Assembly (NCBI GenBank): GCA_038247415.1 | Contig: JBBRUX010000006.1 | Location: 32,001 to 96,000, forward strand | DNA from: Chitinivibrionales bacterium | GTDB taxonomy: Bacteria > Fibrobacterota > Chitinivibrionia > Chitinivibrionales > WJKA01 | Direction: 5' to 3' | DNA: 64,000 bases | Part shown: positions 50,866-60,461 of the stretch, piece after piece | How the letters are laid out: each line of letters starts with the position of its first letter | How positions within the stretch are numbered: the first letter of the stretch is position 1 | Made by a program: the position numbers and the translations under genes | Notes under the pieces: model-generated | Told to the model about the DNA's origin: nothing | The model's input: only the letters and a program-made list of their open reading frames with translations | Database searches by the model: none

Positions 50866-52018
50866 GATTCAGCTCCTTAACCATAGTGCTAAAGCCTTTT
50901 ACATAGATTTCTTCCGAGAGGCGTGCAAGAGCCTCCACGTGAGCTTTTTGTGCACAGGAGTCTGCAAATTGTTTGTCGCCAAGCATTCGTCTGATACAAG
51001 CAGTTAGCTGATCTACATTTTCTTTTTCAAAAAGCAATCCGGTTTCTTCGTGGCGAATCATGGTTGCAGTTCCGCCAACATTTGCAGCAATAATTGGTTT
51101 ACAGCTTGCCATTGCCTCGATAATAACGCGGGCTAAGCCTTCGGTGCGTGACGCAAGAACATAAACCGAGCATGATGTCATAAGCGAAATAACTTCTTCG
51201 TATTCAACAGAATTGCAGAGTTCGATACGGAGGTTCCCATCTGCCATTTTTTCAAAATATTCCCGGCCATCTGGATTCCAGCCCACCACCTTCATAGAAT
51301 ATTCTGGAAATTCTGGGGATATTTTTTTGAAGGCTTCTATTAAAAGGTCGACCCCCTTAAGGTACCAGGGAAATCCCATGAGTAGCAAAAACTTTTTATC
51401 CTCTTTTGGATGATTGACAAAATGTTGAATAGGGACAAAGTCGTGAAAGGAAAAAACTTTAGATTGATGTTTTTTTTGCAAAGATAGTGTTGAGAATTGT
51501 TCTGGGTAAAGGGTCTTTATTGCATTGCATCTGGTAAGGACCATTTTTGTAAACCAGAGCGCCATAGAGTCTTTGATTTTTTCCGAAAAGGTGAGGGTAA
51601 TTTCCCCCTTACGATTAAATTTAAGGGCTTCTTTAAAATTGCCATTTACTTCGATGATATTTTTGATTCCACTTATTCGAGTGATAATAAGTGCTGTTAA
51701 GCCTGTTACTAATGGATTAGGCGAAATAACCGCAGCATATTTCTTTTTTTCTTTGTAACGCAAGCGAATAAATAGAGATAGTGTTGAAAAAAAAGTTGTA
51801 GTATTCCGAATAAATCCATTACCCGCATAGTATGGAAGTTCGTGGAATGTAAATGATCCAGCCTGAGTAAAACCACTACTGCTTTTTAGTACGGGGGCTA
51901 TAATGTCGCCGCCGAATTGCTTGCTGAGCCATTCGAATCGGAGGCAATAAGAAAGCGATGCCTTTGGCATTGCTGGACCGGGAGCTATAAAAAGAAGCTG
52001 AGGTTTTTGAGAGGTCAT
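50858..52018 (-). CDS. GT4 glycosyltransferase
   Basis: KGVDLLIEAF, SRTEGLARVIIEAMA (EX7E), TGLLF. Confidence 0.9.
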   Translation of the reverse strand: MTSQKPQLLFIAPGPAMPKASLSYCLRFEWLSKQFGGDIIAPVLKSSSGFTQAGSFTFHELPYYAGNGFIRNTTTFFSTLSLFIRLRYKEKKKYAAVISPNPLVTGLTALIITRISGIKNIIEVNGNFKEALKFNRKGEITLTFSEKIKDSMALWFTKMVLTRCNAIKTLYPEQFSTLSLQKKHQSKVFSFHDFVPIQHFVNHPKEDKKFLLLMGFPWYLKGVDLLIEAFKKISPEFPEYSMKVVGWNPDGREYFEKMADGNLRIELCNSVEYEEVISLMTSCSVYVLASRTEGLARVIIEAMASCKPIIAANVGGTATMIRHEETGLLFEKENVDQLTACIRRMLGDKQFADSCAQKAHVEALARLSEEIYVKGFSTMVKELNRD

Positions 52019-52087
52019 TAGTTTATAAATTTCTAGGTTTACTCATAAGATAAAATCATGGTTGTACCGATTAAGGCAGTTTAGTTT

Positions 52088-53407
52088 TTATGATGGTTTC
52101 AAATGTTTATAGTAAGTGTTGCATAATGTCCGCGCACTTTCGAGAGCGCTTGCCTGCACGTTACATTGAGTTTGGGCTAATGTTTTCGAAAGCTCATTAC
52201 GATTTTGTATTGCCTGAAGCACAGTAACCTTGAGATTGTGGATGTCGGGGTTGTTTAAATCGTAGGTTGGACATTTAAAATTGTGCTCGATAATATTGTG
52301 CATGCGACCATCTTGCCTCACAGTAAGAGCCATGCAAGGAGTTTTAGCACTTGCTGCACCAATAAGCGCGTGGGTACGTTCGCCAAGAACAAAGGTGCAT
52401 ATGCTCATGATACCTTTCAGTTCTTCTGCCTCGTACTCTGTGGTAATGCTCGAAAAATTTTGTTTGGTAGTTGTGTCAAGAGCATTGAAAATTGCTTGAT
52501 TAGTGATGCGGTCGTCGTTATTGCTGGTTGGCCCAATACAATGAGGCAAAAAGACAAAATGGGCATCGATATTTTTACAGAGGAATGATACCAGGTCTAC
52601 CCAAAGGTCAACCCTCTTCAAATGTCTCTGTTCTGGTGAGAAAGATCCCAATTCTGAAAAGGTGTTTTCGAACACTACTCCACCCTGAACTGGGACTAAT
52701 GCAATAATCGGTTTATCCAGTGGGATATTTTCGGTTTTTAGTATCTCGTGGGCACGATCTTTGGTACACGCTGGCATAAGCACTGCAGGATCGGGAAAAA
52801 GCTTTATTTTGTTTTCAGGAATAGTATTATCAATAAGAAATTGTTTTGACCCTTGGTCCCGAACAATGCACAACGATGCATGTTTAATAGCTAATTGCAG
52901 CAAAGTACGTGATTTGATTGACGAAATTCGGCCTTTATTGCCATCTACTCCGGCGCCGTAAATTGCTACAGGTTTATGCAAAATTTTGGCCATGAACACA
53001 AACCAAAAAAGTTCGTAGCCTAAAAATCCGTTGTGTCCAATAATAAGAAAATCGGTACGAGCAATCGCATTGTAAAGATCGTCGCGAATAATAGCATAAG
53101 CAAGTTTTTTGGAAATGCGGGCAATGAGCGCGTACAAAATCATGGTGGCCCACATTGTATACGAATGGATTGCGCGCCGCTTAATGGGCGAGCTCTGATA
53201 TTTATTAAAAACATCAAAAAAATCGGTGCCGCCAACAATAGAAATGAGCGGGCTATAACGCGCAGTGTCATCTTTTACCCAGGGGGAGAAAAGTGAAAGT
53301 TTTACTGGCACAGCAAATTCTTTAAGAGCTTGTTGAATCCCCCGCAAAATAGCAGTTTCTCCTTTGTTAAGAGAGGTGATTGGTTCGGGGATTAAAACAT
53401 TGATCAT
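52088..53407 (-). CDS. Polysaccharide pyruvyl transferase (WcaK-like)
   Basis: NKGETAI, VRDQGS, FPDPA, GERTHALI motifs. Confidence 0.85.
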   Translation of the reverse strand: MINVLIPEPITSLNKGETAILRGIQQALKEFAVPVKLSLFSPWVKDDTARYSPLISIVGGTDFFDVFNKYQSSPIKRRAIHSYTMWATMILYALIARISKKLAYAIIRDDLYNAIARTDFLIIGHNGFLGYELFWFVFMAKILHKPVAIYGAGVDGNKGRISSIKSRTLLQLAIKHASLCIVRDQGSKQFLIDNTIPENKIKLFPDPAVLMPACTKDRAHEILKTENIPLDKPIIALVPVQGGVVFENTFSELGSFSPEQRHLKRVDLWVDLVSFLCKNIDAHFVFLPHCIGPTSNNDDRITNQAIFNALDTTTKQNFSSITTEYEAEELKGIMSICTFVLGERTHALIGAASAKTPCMALTVRQDGRMHNIIEHNFKCPTYDLNNPDIHNLKVTVLQAIQNRNELSKTLAQTQCNVQASALESARTLCNTYYKHLKPS

Positions 53408-54558
53408 GCTACCGCCTTGCTTGTACCTGATTGATGCAGATAGAGTTTTTCGTATTTACGAGTCATTGCTTGTGCGCTAAAATGAGTTTTGAATGTTTGT
53501 TTACCTTGTTGGGCAAACTGTTTACGAAGGATTGAATCGCTCATAAGCCGTTTCATTGCCTTTGCGAGTTCGTGTACATCGTTTGGCGCAACCAAAAGGC
53601 CATTTTCTTCGTTAGTTATGGCAGTAGAAATACCGCCTACTCGAGAAGCTATTATAGGGCATCCTGCTGCGAGTGCTTCTAAAAGTACCATGGGTAATCC
53701 TTCCCATAATGAGGGAAGAACATAGATATCAAAAAGAGAGAGCAGCGCACCGATATCGAGTCGAGGGCCTAAAAATTTTACCTTTGTATCAATTCCCAAG
53801 CTTTTTGCTTGTTGCTGCAATTGTGCATCTAATGGTCCAGTGCCTGCAATAAGCAGCATGCAGGGTGCGCTCGATTCAGCTACTTGTTTAAACGCCTGCA
53901 AAAGAATTCCAATAGCTTTTTGTTCGCATAATCGTACCCCTATACCAAAAAGCAAACACTCTGGGGGGATAGAAAGAGATGCTCGCAGAGCTTGATTATC
54001 AAATATTTTTTCGTAAATGTCGCCACAAATACCATTAGGAATAGTTACTACTTTTTTAGGTGCTATTTTTTCGTACGCAACGAGGTTTTTTGATGTGTGG
54101 TCGGAAACACCAACTACCTTATAGGTAAACCATGAAAGTATGCGCTCAATAACCATATATCGCCATTTGTCAGGAAATTCGCGCGCATGGTCGGTATGTA
54201 TGATGGTGGGTAATATGCCAGCGCATAAGGCTCCCATAACACCATCCATAAAGGGCTGCGTATTATGTGTATGAATCGTATTTGGTTTGAAACGACGTAT
54301 CAGCGCAGCAACTTTAAGAAAAGAGAAATAGTCTACACCATTTTGTTTTTGCTCGATAAGATAAACGGGAATACCACAATCGAGTATATCTTGCGTAAAG
54401 TCACCTTTGTCTCGTAAGCACACTACACAACATTCAAAAAAATCCTGATTAATTGTTTGGCACAGGGTGGCAACAACGCGCTGAAGCCCCCCAATGGCAA
54501 GGTCATGCGTAATAAGCATGACTTTATGTTTTGGAGGTGGTAATGGATTCTTACTCAT
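53404..54558 (-). CDS. GT4 glycosyltransferase
   Basis: GGLQRVV, IHTH, IPNGI, PSLWEGLPMVLLEALA. Confidence 0.93.
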   Translation of the reverse strand: MSKNPLPPPKHKVMLITHDLAIGGLQRVVATLCQTINQDFFECCVVCLRDKGDFTQDILDCGIPVYLIEQKQNGVDYFSFLKVAALIRRFKPNTIHTHNTQPFMDGVMGALCAGILPTIIHTDHAREFPDKWRYMVIERILSWFTYKVVGVSDHTSKNLVAYEKIAPKKVVTIPNGICGDIYEKIFDNQALRASLSIPPECLLFGIGVRLCEQKAIGILLQAFKQVAESSAPCMLLIAGTGPLDAQLQQQAKSLGIDTKVKFLGPRLDIGALLSLFDIYVLPSLWEGLPMVLLEALAAGCPIIASRVGGISTAITNEENGLLVAPNDVHELAKAMKRLMSDSILRKQFAQQGKQTFKTHFSAQAMTRKYEKLYLHQSGTSKAVA

Positions 54559-55172
54559 TTGTTGGCTTGCTGCGAAGAAGGATTGAAAAGATAGTTTGTA
54601 TCACCATCACTGCCAATAGTAAACGCAACGTCTTGACTCATGGCTTTAAGAACGGAGCTACGAAATTGGGGATCGTGCAGGTGTGGATAAAATTCCTCAC
54701 AAGGATACGAAGGAATTGAGCTTGCTTCCTTTTGTTCTTTGTTTTCGGCAAGAAATATATCGAGCGGTTTTATGAGTTTAGCAGGATTGCCACCATAAAT
54801 TGAATTTGGAGGAACATCTTTGGTGACTACCGATCCCGCTGCCACAATGGCATTAGGTCCTATGCTTATTGAGGGAAGCAGAATACTACCAGCTCCTATA
54901 AAGCAGTTGTCGTGGATGGTAATTGTTCCAAGACGTGCGTAGCCGGCAATTCCAAACATGCTTGCATCGTGATTTAAAAACCGAACATCAGGGGCGATAA
55001 TGGAATTATTGCCAATTGACGTAAGAAAAGAGTGTGGCGGATCGAATCGAACACCGGGTGTGATTGTTACATTTTTGCCAACGTGCATGCCAGCATGAAT
55101 GTGAGTTTGTACATATTTTCGAAAGCGCCAGAGTGCGAAAGAATTTTTAAAGGCCATAAGCAATTTGAGCAT
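54555..55172 (-). CDS. Hexapeptide-repeat (LbH) O-acetyltransferase
   Basis: IHDNCFIGAGSILLP…VAAGSVVTKDVP…GGNPAK. Confidence 0.92.
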   Translation of the reverse strand: MLKLLMAFKNSFALWRFRKYVQTHIHAGMHVGKNVTITPGVRFDPPHSFLTSIGNNSIIAPDVRFLNHDASMFGIAGYARLGTITIHDNCFIGAGSILLPSISIGPNAIVAAGSVVTKDVPPNSIYGGNPAKLIKPLDIFLAENKEQKEASSIPSYPCEEFYPHLHDPQFRSSVLKAMSQDVAFTIGSDGDTNYLFNPSSQQANK

Positions 55173-55510
55173 TATGCATTGCCTCTTAGAGTAGTTGTGA
55201 CGACGCTGTGCGCGCTTGGTCGAAAACAGACCATATTAATTTTTTAAATTTACCACTACGATACAAAATAATCTTTTCCCATTGCTTATAAAAATTCTGA
55301 AACATATTTTTGCAGATTATTCAGCTAGGTCTTAAGGCCAACCGCAAACAGCTCACTTGTATTGATCTTCATCCACTTTTTATGCTTGATTCTCAAGGAA
55401 ATCTTGATTCAAGTTTAATTAATGATGGACTGCATCTGTAGGTTTCTGCCTACCTCATCTGGAAAAAGCACTCATGCCTTATATCGATACTACGGGCAGG
55501 AGCTGATTGC

Positions 55511-56050
55511 TTATTGCATTAAGATTGCACCAAGCCGAAAATCTATCGTATCTGCATGTTTGTTATTGATATAAAGACAGCTGCGAGTCCTCTTGCCTAG
55601 ATGCATGAGTCTTCCATTGACGGTGGTTAGGGGTTTTGAAAGATCGACCACCAGGGTGTCCCATCCCCCTGTTGATGCCAATGATTGTTGATAGCGATTT
55701 ACATAATCCATTGACCCTTTTCCATCATAAATAAAGAGTTCAAATTCGAGTTGCTGTGGATTCATTTGACGTACGGCAATTTTGATTTGGTTATGTTTCC
55801 AAACGGTTTTAGGGAGCCAGTTTATTTCGAGCCCTGGATATTCCTGTAAGGGAAACCCGCGGACCTCGAGCACGGTGTCTTTACACAGTGAATCGAGAAC
55901 AAATGAAAAATTCTGGTGACAATGATATATGAGGTAACGAGGTATCGGAAGGCCTTTAGTGGTAGATTTTTGTGGTTGCATAATTTGACATCCACTCATA
56001 AACGAAATGAGTAGAAGTAGAATAACTAATTTACATGAGGCATATCTCAT
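55511..56050 (-). CDS. Hypothetical lipoprotein (possible carbohydrate-binding beta-sandwich)
   Basis: Lipobox FMSGC; beta-rich with GWDTLVVDL; overlaps the upstream stop. Confidence 0.55.
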   Translation of the reverse strand: MRYASCKLVILLLLISFMSGCQIMQPQKSTTKGLPIPRYLIYHCHQNFSFVLDSLCKDTVLEVRGFPLQEYPGLEINWLPKTVWKHNQIKIAVRQMNPQQLEFELFIYDGKGSMDYVNRYQQSLASTGGWDTLVVDLSKPLTTVNGRLMHLGKRTRSCLYINNKHADTIDFRLGAILMQ

Positions 56051-56898
56051 AAAGCCATCCTGCGCACAATTGGCAAAAGCTTAATGTCATAGAGTGTGGG
56101 CGGAACGAGAAACCGAATGGGAAAAAAGCTCAGTCCAATACCTGTGGAGGTGATGACATGCTTAGGCAACTTATTGTGAACATAGCGCGGATCTATGGTG
56201 GAAGCGTATAGGTTTAAAAATGGTTTGAGAAAGGCAATTTGTGCACCGTGAGTATGGCCTGCAAAAACGAGATTATATGAAGCAAGTATATCATCGGACA
56301 TGAAAAGAGTGTTATGTACTAGCAGGATTGAGAATCGTGTTGTATCGGGCGCATTGAGCTTGAAGGTTCCGGTCCCTCCCCGCGTTGCTTCATCGAAACC
56401 ATAAAATTGGAGGTTGTCATTAGTAAAAAGTGCGCCATTATTGCGCAGATATGAAACAGTTTTGGGAAAGGAGTCTGTGGCGGGCCTATATACAAGTGAA
56501 CAGTAGAGACATTGCCGGTTTTCTTCGCACATATCCGAATTGCCAATAATACAAATAACAGGGGCAATTGCTGCGCATCTCTTTATAAAGGTTAGTGCTT
56601 GGCGATGGTCTTGTGTATGATGATTTTCGAGATCTCCAGCAAGGCAAATGTAAGTAGGCTTAAGCGCTGTTATTTTGTCAAGCACTTTTGTGGGGAGCGT
56701 AGAATCGGAACGGAGGTGCATGTCGCTTACAAGAACTATTGAGAGGGGGTTATGAATTTTTGCCGAGGCAATGGTCAAATTGCTACAATGTAATTGCCTG
56801 GGTTCAATAAATTGGGCATACAGAAAAAGAAGTATGGCAATTCCTGCAGCGCTTCCAAGGATTGATATAGTAAGTTTGGGTAAGAGGAGTTTACGCAT
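56047..56898 (-). CDS. Membrane-anchored metallophosphoesterase (YkuE-like)
   Basis: SDMH, AGDL, GNSD, LLVH, GHTHG motifs; N-terminal TM. Confidence 0.85.
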   Translation of the reverse strand: MRKLLLPKLTISILGSAAGIAILLFLYAQFIEPRQLHCSNLTIASAKIHNPLSIVLVSDMHLRSDSTLPTKVLDKITALKPTYICLAGDLENHHTQDHRQALTFIKRCAAIAPVICIIGNSDMCEENRQCLYCSLVYRPATDSFPKTVSYLRNNGALFTNDNLQFYGFDEATRGGTGTFKLNAPDTTRFSILLVHNTLFMSDDILASYNLVFAGHTHGAQIAFLKPFLNLYASTIDPRYVHNKLPKHVITSTGIGLSFFPIRFLVPPTLYDIKLLPIVRRMAL

Positions 56899-56921
56899 GC
56901 TGCCTTTTAGTAAATTAATAA

Positions 56922-57785
56922 TTATCCGATTTCAATCACGCGACTATTTTTCCAGTCGAACGAATTGTTGACTGTTGCAATATCGGTGCAGGGGAAGTCG
57001 GAAATAAGTTTTGCGAGTTTAGAAAAACCACTCCCAAGACCATAATAAGCCTTAAAACGCCGTGTAAGCGATAACCCGGGAATGAGCGGTTGCTTTGGGT
57101 CGAAATCACGTGGATGAAAATAGGTCATGACATACGGGGATTGATACATAAAGTGCTTAATGAGCCAGTATGGAAATAATCTGAAATATCCTCCACCCGA
57201 GAATACAATTTTTTTAGACGCCAGACTTCCAAGATTTATGGGAAATTCTTTGAGGGCCCCGTGTGGTGTTTTTATAATTACTGGTCCTGCAGCCCCAAAA
57301 TCGGGGAAGCCTCCATGAGAGCGGTGGGCAGGAAAAATCGAGCTATCTATTTCGATACCGTTTTCTATAAGAATGTCAAGTGCCCACGTGCACTTCCGTG
57401 TGAGCGAAAACCCCGGAGACCTAAAACAGCGAATTTTGGTTCCCGTGATATCTTGCAGAATTGCAAGGGATTTGGCTACATCTGCTGCAAAAACGTCAGG
57501 TGTTTGCTCGTATACGAGCTGATGCAGGTTTGTGTGCGAACCAATTTCAAATCCACGGGTATGGATTGCTTTAATAAGATCGGGGTATTTTTTGCCAACC
57601 CACCCAAGACAAAAAAATGTTGCTTTTATATTCTTTTGGTCGAGAAGGTCCAGAATGCGTTGTGTGTTGTTGATAATGCGAGAAGGAAATGTCTCCCAGG
57701 ACGATGCTGTTTTTGTTTGCGCAAGATCCAGGAGGTGAAACCAGTCTTCTATATCGAAGGTAAGGATAGTTGTTGGGATAGGCAT
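56922..57785 (-). CDS. Polysaccharide deacetylase (XrtA/PEP-CTERM-associated type)
   Basis: TFDIEDWFH, KATFFCLGW, EIGSH, FRSPGFS, GGGYFRLFP, YFHPRDFD. Confidence 0.9.
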   Translation of the reverse strand: MPIPTTILTFDIEDWFHLLDLAQTKTASSWETFPSRIINNTQRILDLLDQKNIKATFFCLGWVGKKYPDLIKAIHTRGFEIGSHTNLHQLVYEQTPDVFAADVAKSLAILQDITGTKIRCFRSPGFSLTRKCTWALDILIENGIEIDSSIFPAHRSHGGFPDFGAAGPVIIKTPHGALKEFPINLGSLASKKIVFSGGGYFRLFPYWLIKHFMYQSPYVMTYFHPRDFDPKQPLIPGLSLTRRFKAYYGLGSGFSKLAKLISDFPCTDIATVNNSFDWKNSRVIEIG

Positions 57786-57789
57786 ATCG

Positions 57790-58290
57790 TTAGCGATTCC
57801 ACCACAGAAACAATACATACATAAGAACAAGCCAGATTGGTGTTGCAAGTGCTGCAAGAATTATGGCTGTTTTAAGAAATTCATTGCTGCGCATACGTTC
57901 CATATGATCGACAAGGCGCTTTAAGCTGAAGTTGAGATAGACCATTTTCAGAGGTATGTTCACAATATCGTATACTTCTTTTTTAAGATACGGCTCAACT
58001 TTTATCATCTCTTCGTCTTTAGCTGCAATGAGAAATATGGGATTACGGCTATATACTCGAAATGAGCGAAAAAAATGGCTTGGTTCGCGAGGTAGCGTTG
58101 GAACGTCGATGATTACAATAGCATGTTTAGTCTCACGAAATTTGCGTAAACCACCAATGCGCGAGTCGACATAGTCGACAAAATAACCGTACCCGGTAAG
58201 CAAGGTAACCAGGTCATTACGGAGCCTACCGTCTTTACTTATGACAAGTAGCCGAGTTCGGTGTTTTCTGAAATCATCCTGCAGCGACAC
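57790..58290 (-). CDS. Atypical receiver-domain protein with a C-terminal TM helix
   Basis: REC-like beta/alpha pattern (RLLVISKD…IVIIDV…YDIVNIPL) and a hydrophobic C-terminus; probable GTG start at 58290. Confidence 0.65.
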   Translation of the reverse strand: MSLQDDFRKHRTRLLVISKDGRLRNDLVTLLTGYGYFVDYVDSRIGGLRKFRETKHAIVIIDVPTLPREPSHFFRSFRVYSRNPIFLIAAKDEEMIKVEPYLKKEVYDIVNIPLKMVYLNFSLKRLVDHMERMRSNEFLKTAIILAALATPIWLVLMYVLFLWWNR

Positions 58291-59836
58291 GGTGATGTTC
58301 CTTTGGTTGTTGAGCAAATGGTTCGCGCATTGACTTGGGTACTCGGGCAAGGGTATAGAGCTTTTCCATAAGAATTGGAATATACACAGGGCGCCTGTAG
58401 AATGTTACACGCGAGAGTGTGTGCGTTTCATTAGGTACGCTTTCACCGTTTATGACATCTGAAATAAGTACGACAAAACACTTGTGTTTTTGAGCATATT
58501 CGGATGCTTGTTTGAAGCTATTCACAAACAATGTTTCGTCTTGATTTACAATAATTGCAACAGCACAGTCTTCGAGGCACTTGGGCTCTGCGTTAGAATC
58601 GACAAAGGAAAAAGCAAAAGAAGCTTGTTTAAAACTTAAGAGTGCATGACGCAAAATTTCATCGGTGTTGACAACTGCAACTTTAATACGGCGTAACGCA
58701 TCTGATCCATGGTGCAAGGGTACGCGTCGAAACATTTTGAATATACTGTCATAAAAATTGAGACGGTAGAGAATGAAAAATATCATGATGCATAGATAGC
58801 CAATCACCAATGAGCCAAGAAGGGCAGGAACGCGAGATACAATAATTGCAGAAGCACAAAATGTGGCAGCAATACCATGCAATAAAAATGAGGTTTGCTG
58901 ATGTCCCATTCCTCTATAAATAAGCCGGTGGTGGATATGTTCGTTATCGGGCAATCCCATTCTGCCAAGTGCTTTGGGCCAGGAATATCCTTGGCGCACA
59001 GCGCGAACAAAACGGCGTGTCATGGCTGCAAAAACATCGAGAATGGGAAATCCTGCAACCAGCAATACAACAACAAAAGATGAATACGAATCGGGAAGTC
59101 GAGTAACGTGTACTGCGAGAATAGACAGGATCATACCCAAAAAGAGTGAGCCCGTATCTCCCAAAAATGCTCGAGCAGGGGAGTTGTTGTGAAACATAAA
59201 ACCAATGATAACGCCTACAAGAATCATGCAAATGTAAACTACGCCAAATGCGCCCGCATTGTAAGCCAAAACGCCAACAGCGATAAATCCAATTGCCAAC
59301 ACCCCGCTGGCAAGGCTATCGACGCCGTCTATAATATTGGATGCATTGGTAATGCCAACCATCCATAAAACCGAGATAGGAATACCAATCCACCCAAGCT
59401 GAAACATATGGCCGGCGATGCCTATTTCTGTAAAGTAAATTCGATAAAGAACAGCAATTTCAAATGCGATCAGAATTTCTAGCAGAAATTTTGCTTTGTT
59501 ATTAATCTCAAGAAGATGAATATCATCTATTGTACCGACGGTAGCAATACAAACTGTCGCAAATAGTATAGACCGAAGTACTGATATGTCAACAAGTGAA
59601 AAAAGATGAGGAAAGAGAAACCGCCAGAGCCACAAAATAAGAAGAAACGAGGTTATAACGGCAAGTCCCCCAATCCGAGGTACAACTCTCTGATGAACTT
59701 TCCGATGCCCTGGGGAATCGCAGAAAAATTTGCAGAGAGGGCTTTTGATAAGAAAGAGGAGGAGGAAATATGAAACAGCGATCGCGGCAGTAGGTATTAC
59801 TAATAAAAATTGAGTAGAAGGAGAAATCGTTCCCAT
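58274..59836 (-). CDS. wecA: Undecaprenyl-phosphate HexNAc-1-phosphate transferase (WecA/TagO family) with a C-terminal extension
   Basis: RKVHQRVVPRIGG, GTIDD, NASNIIDGVDSLA, FLGDTGS, HIHHRL. Confidence 0.88.
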   Translation of the reverse strand: MGTISPSTQFLLVIPTAAIAVSYFLLLFLIKSPLCKFFCDSPGHRKVHQRVVPRIGGLAVITSFLLILWLWRFLFPHLFSLVDISVLRSILFATVCIATVGTIDDIHLLEINNKAKFLLEILIAFEIAVLYRIYFTEIGIAGHMFQLGWIGIPISVLWMVGITNASNIIDGVDSLASGVLAIGFIAVGVLAYNAGAFGVVYICMILVGVIIGFMFHNNSPARAFLGDTGSLFLGMILSILAVHVTRLPDSYSSFVVVLLVAGFPILDVFAAMTRRFVRAVRQGYSWPKALGRMGLPDNEHIHHRLIYRGMGHQQTSFLLHGIAATFCASAIIVSRVPALLGSLVIGYLCIMIFFILYRLNFYDSIFKMFRRVPLHHGSDALRRIKVAVVNTDEILRHALLSFKQASFAFSFVDSNAEPKCLEDCAVAIIVNQDETLFVNSFKQASEYAQKHKCFVVLISDVINGESVPNETHTLSRVTFYRRPVYIPILMEKLYTLARVPKSMREPFAQQPKEHHRVAAG

Positions 59837-60010
59837 AAATAAAAACCTTTAATCTATCTTTTCGCGCCGAGTAAATAAGGGTACTCTTAAGTTATTGATT
59901 TATAGTAGCTTTTTACACAATGCAAAATGTTCCTTTTTTAATACAATTATACAAATAATTTTATGCATTTTTTTGTTTTTGATGTAATATGCTCTCATCC
60001 AAAACTATTG

Positions 60011-60026
60011 CGCAATTATTGTGCCA
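60011..60026 (-). promoter_or_regulatory. Sigma-54 (-24/-12) promoter facing the wecA polysaccharide operon
   Basis: The minus strand reads TGGCAC-AATAA-TTGCG, matching TGGCAC-N5-TTGC. Confidence 0.75.
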
Positions 60027-60248
60027 TGAGGTTTATCAGGTCTATTTAGCAGCGATTAATATCAAAAACTGTGTATGAGCTTATAAATTGTTGGATGGCA
60101 TTGTCTCAATTTGATATTTTTTCTCAATTTCGTATTGTTTTCTTAGTCATATTCGGGTTTCAATTCCAAATTCGACATTTTTTTTAAGCCAGACCCTTTG
60201 GATGGGTTCCTAACTCGTGTTTCTGGCTTGAAAATTCGTTTCTGGGCG

Positions 60249-60264
60249 TGGCACAGATATTGCA
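60249..60264 (+). promoter_or_regulatory. Sigma-54 (-24/-12) promoter facing a small ORF and the PPTase gene
   Basis: TGGCAC-AGATA-TTGCA matches the consensus. Confidence 0.78.
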
Positions 60265-60328
60265 TTAGTATATACGTAGAGTTTTTAAAGCTAGAATAAA
60301 TGTAATACCATTAGAAAAAGGAGCTTGT

Positions 60329-60421
60329 ATGTTACTATCGTTATTTACTTTTTTTGGAGTAATTGTTGTTATGGTTTCATTTGGTTGGATCGGAAAGCAT
60401 AAAGAAACGAAAACTGTTTAA
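60329..60421 (+). CDS. Small single-TM protein, 30 aa (not in ORF track)
   Basis: AAAGGAG RBS; MLLSLFTFFGVIVVMVSFGWIGKHKETKTV; about 65 nt downstream of a sigma-54 promoter match. Confidence 0.6.
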   Translation: MLLSLFTFFGVIVVMVSFGWIGKHKETKTV

Positions 60422-60461
60422 GATTTGCATCTAATTTGCACTTCGTAGTAGTTTCTTTTAC

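Noticed and set aside
55173..55510. 338-nt gap inside the polysaccharide cluster as a possible ncRNA or gene remnant
   Set aside because: No convincing ORF, promoter consensus or stable structure could be supported by inspection.
59888..59900. IHF consensus match (AATCAATAACTTA, minus strand)
   Set aside because: It lies downstream of the sigma-54 promoter rather than between enhancer and promoter, and such matches are frequent in AT-rich DNA.
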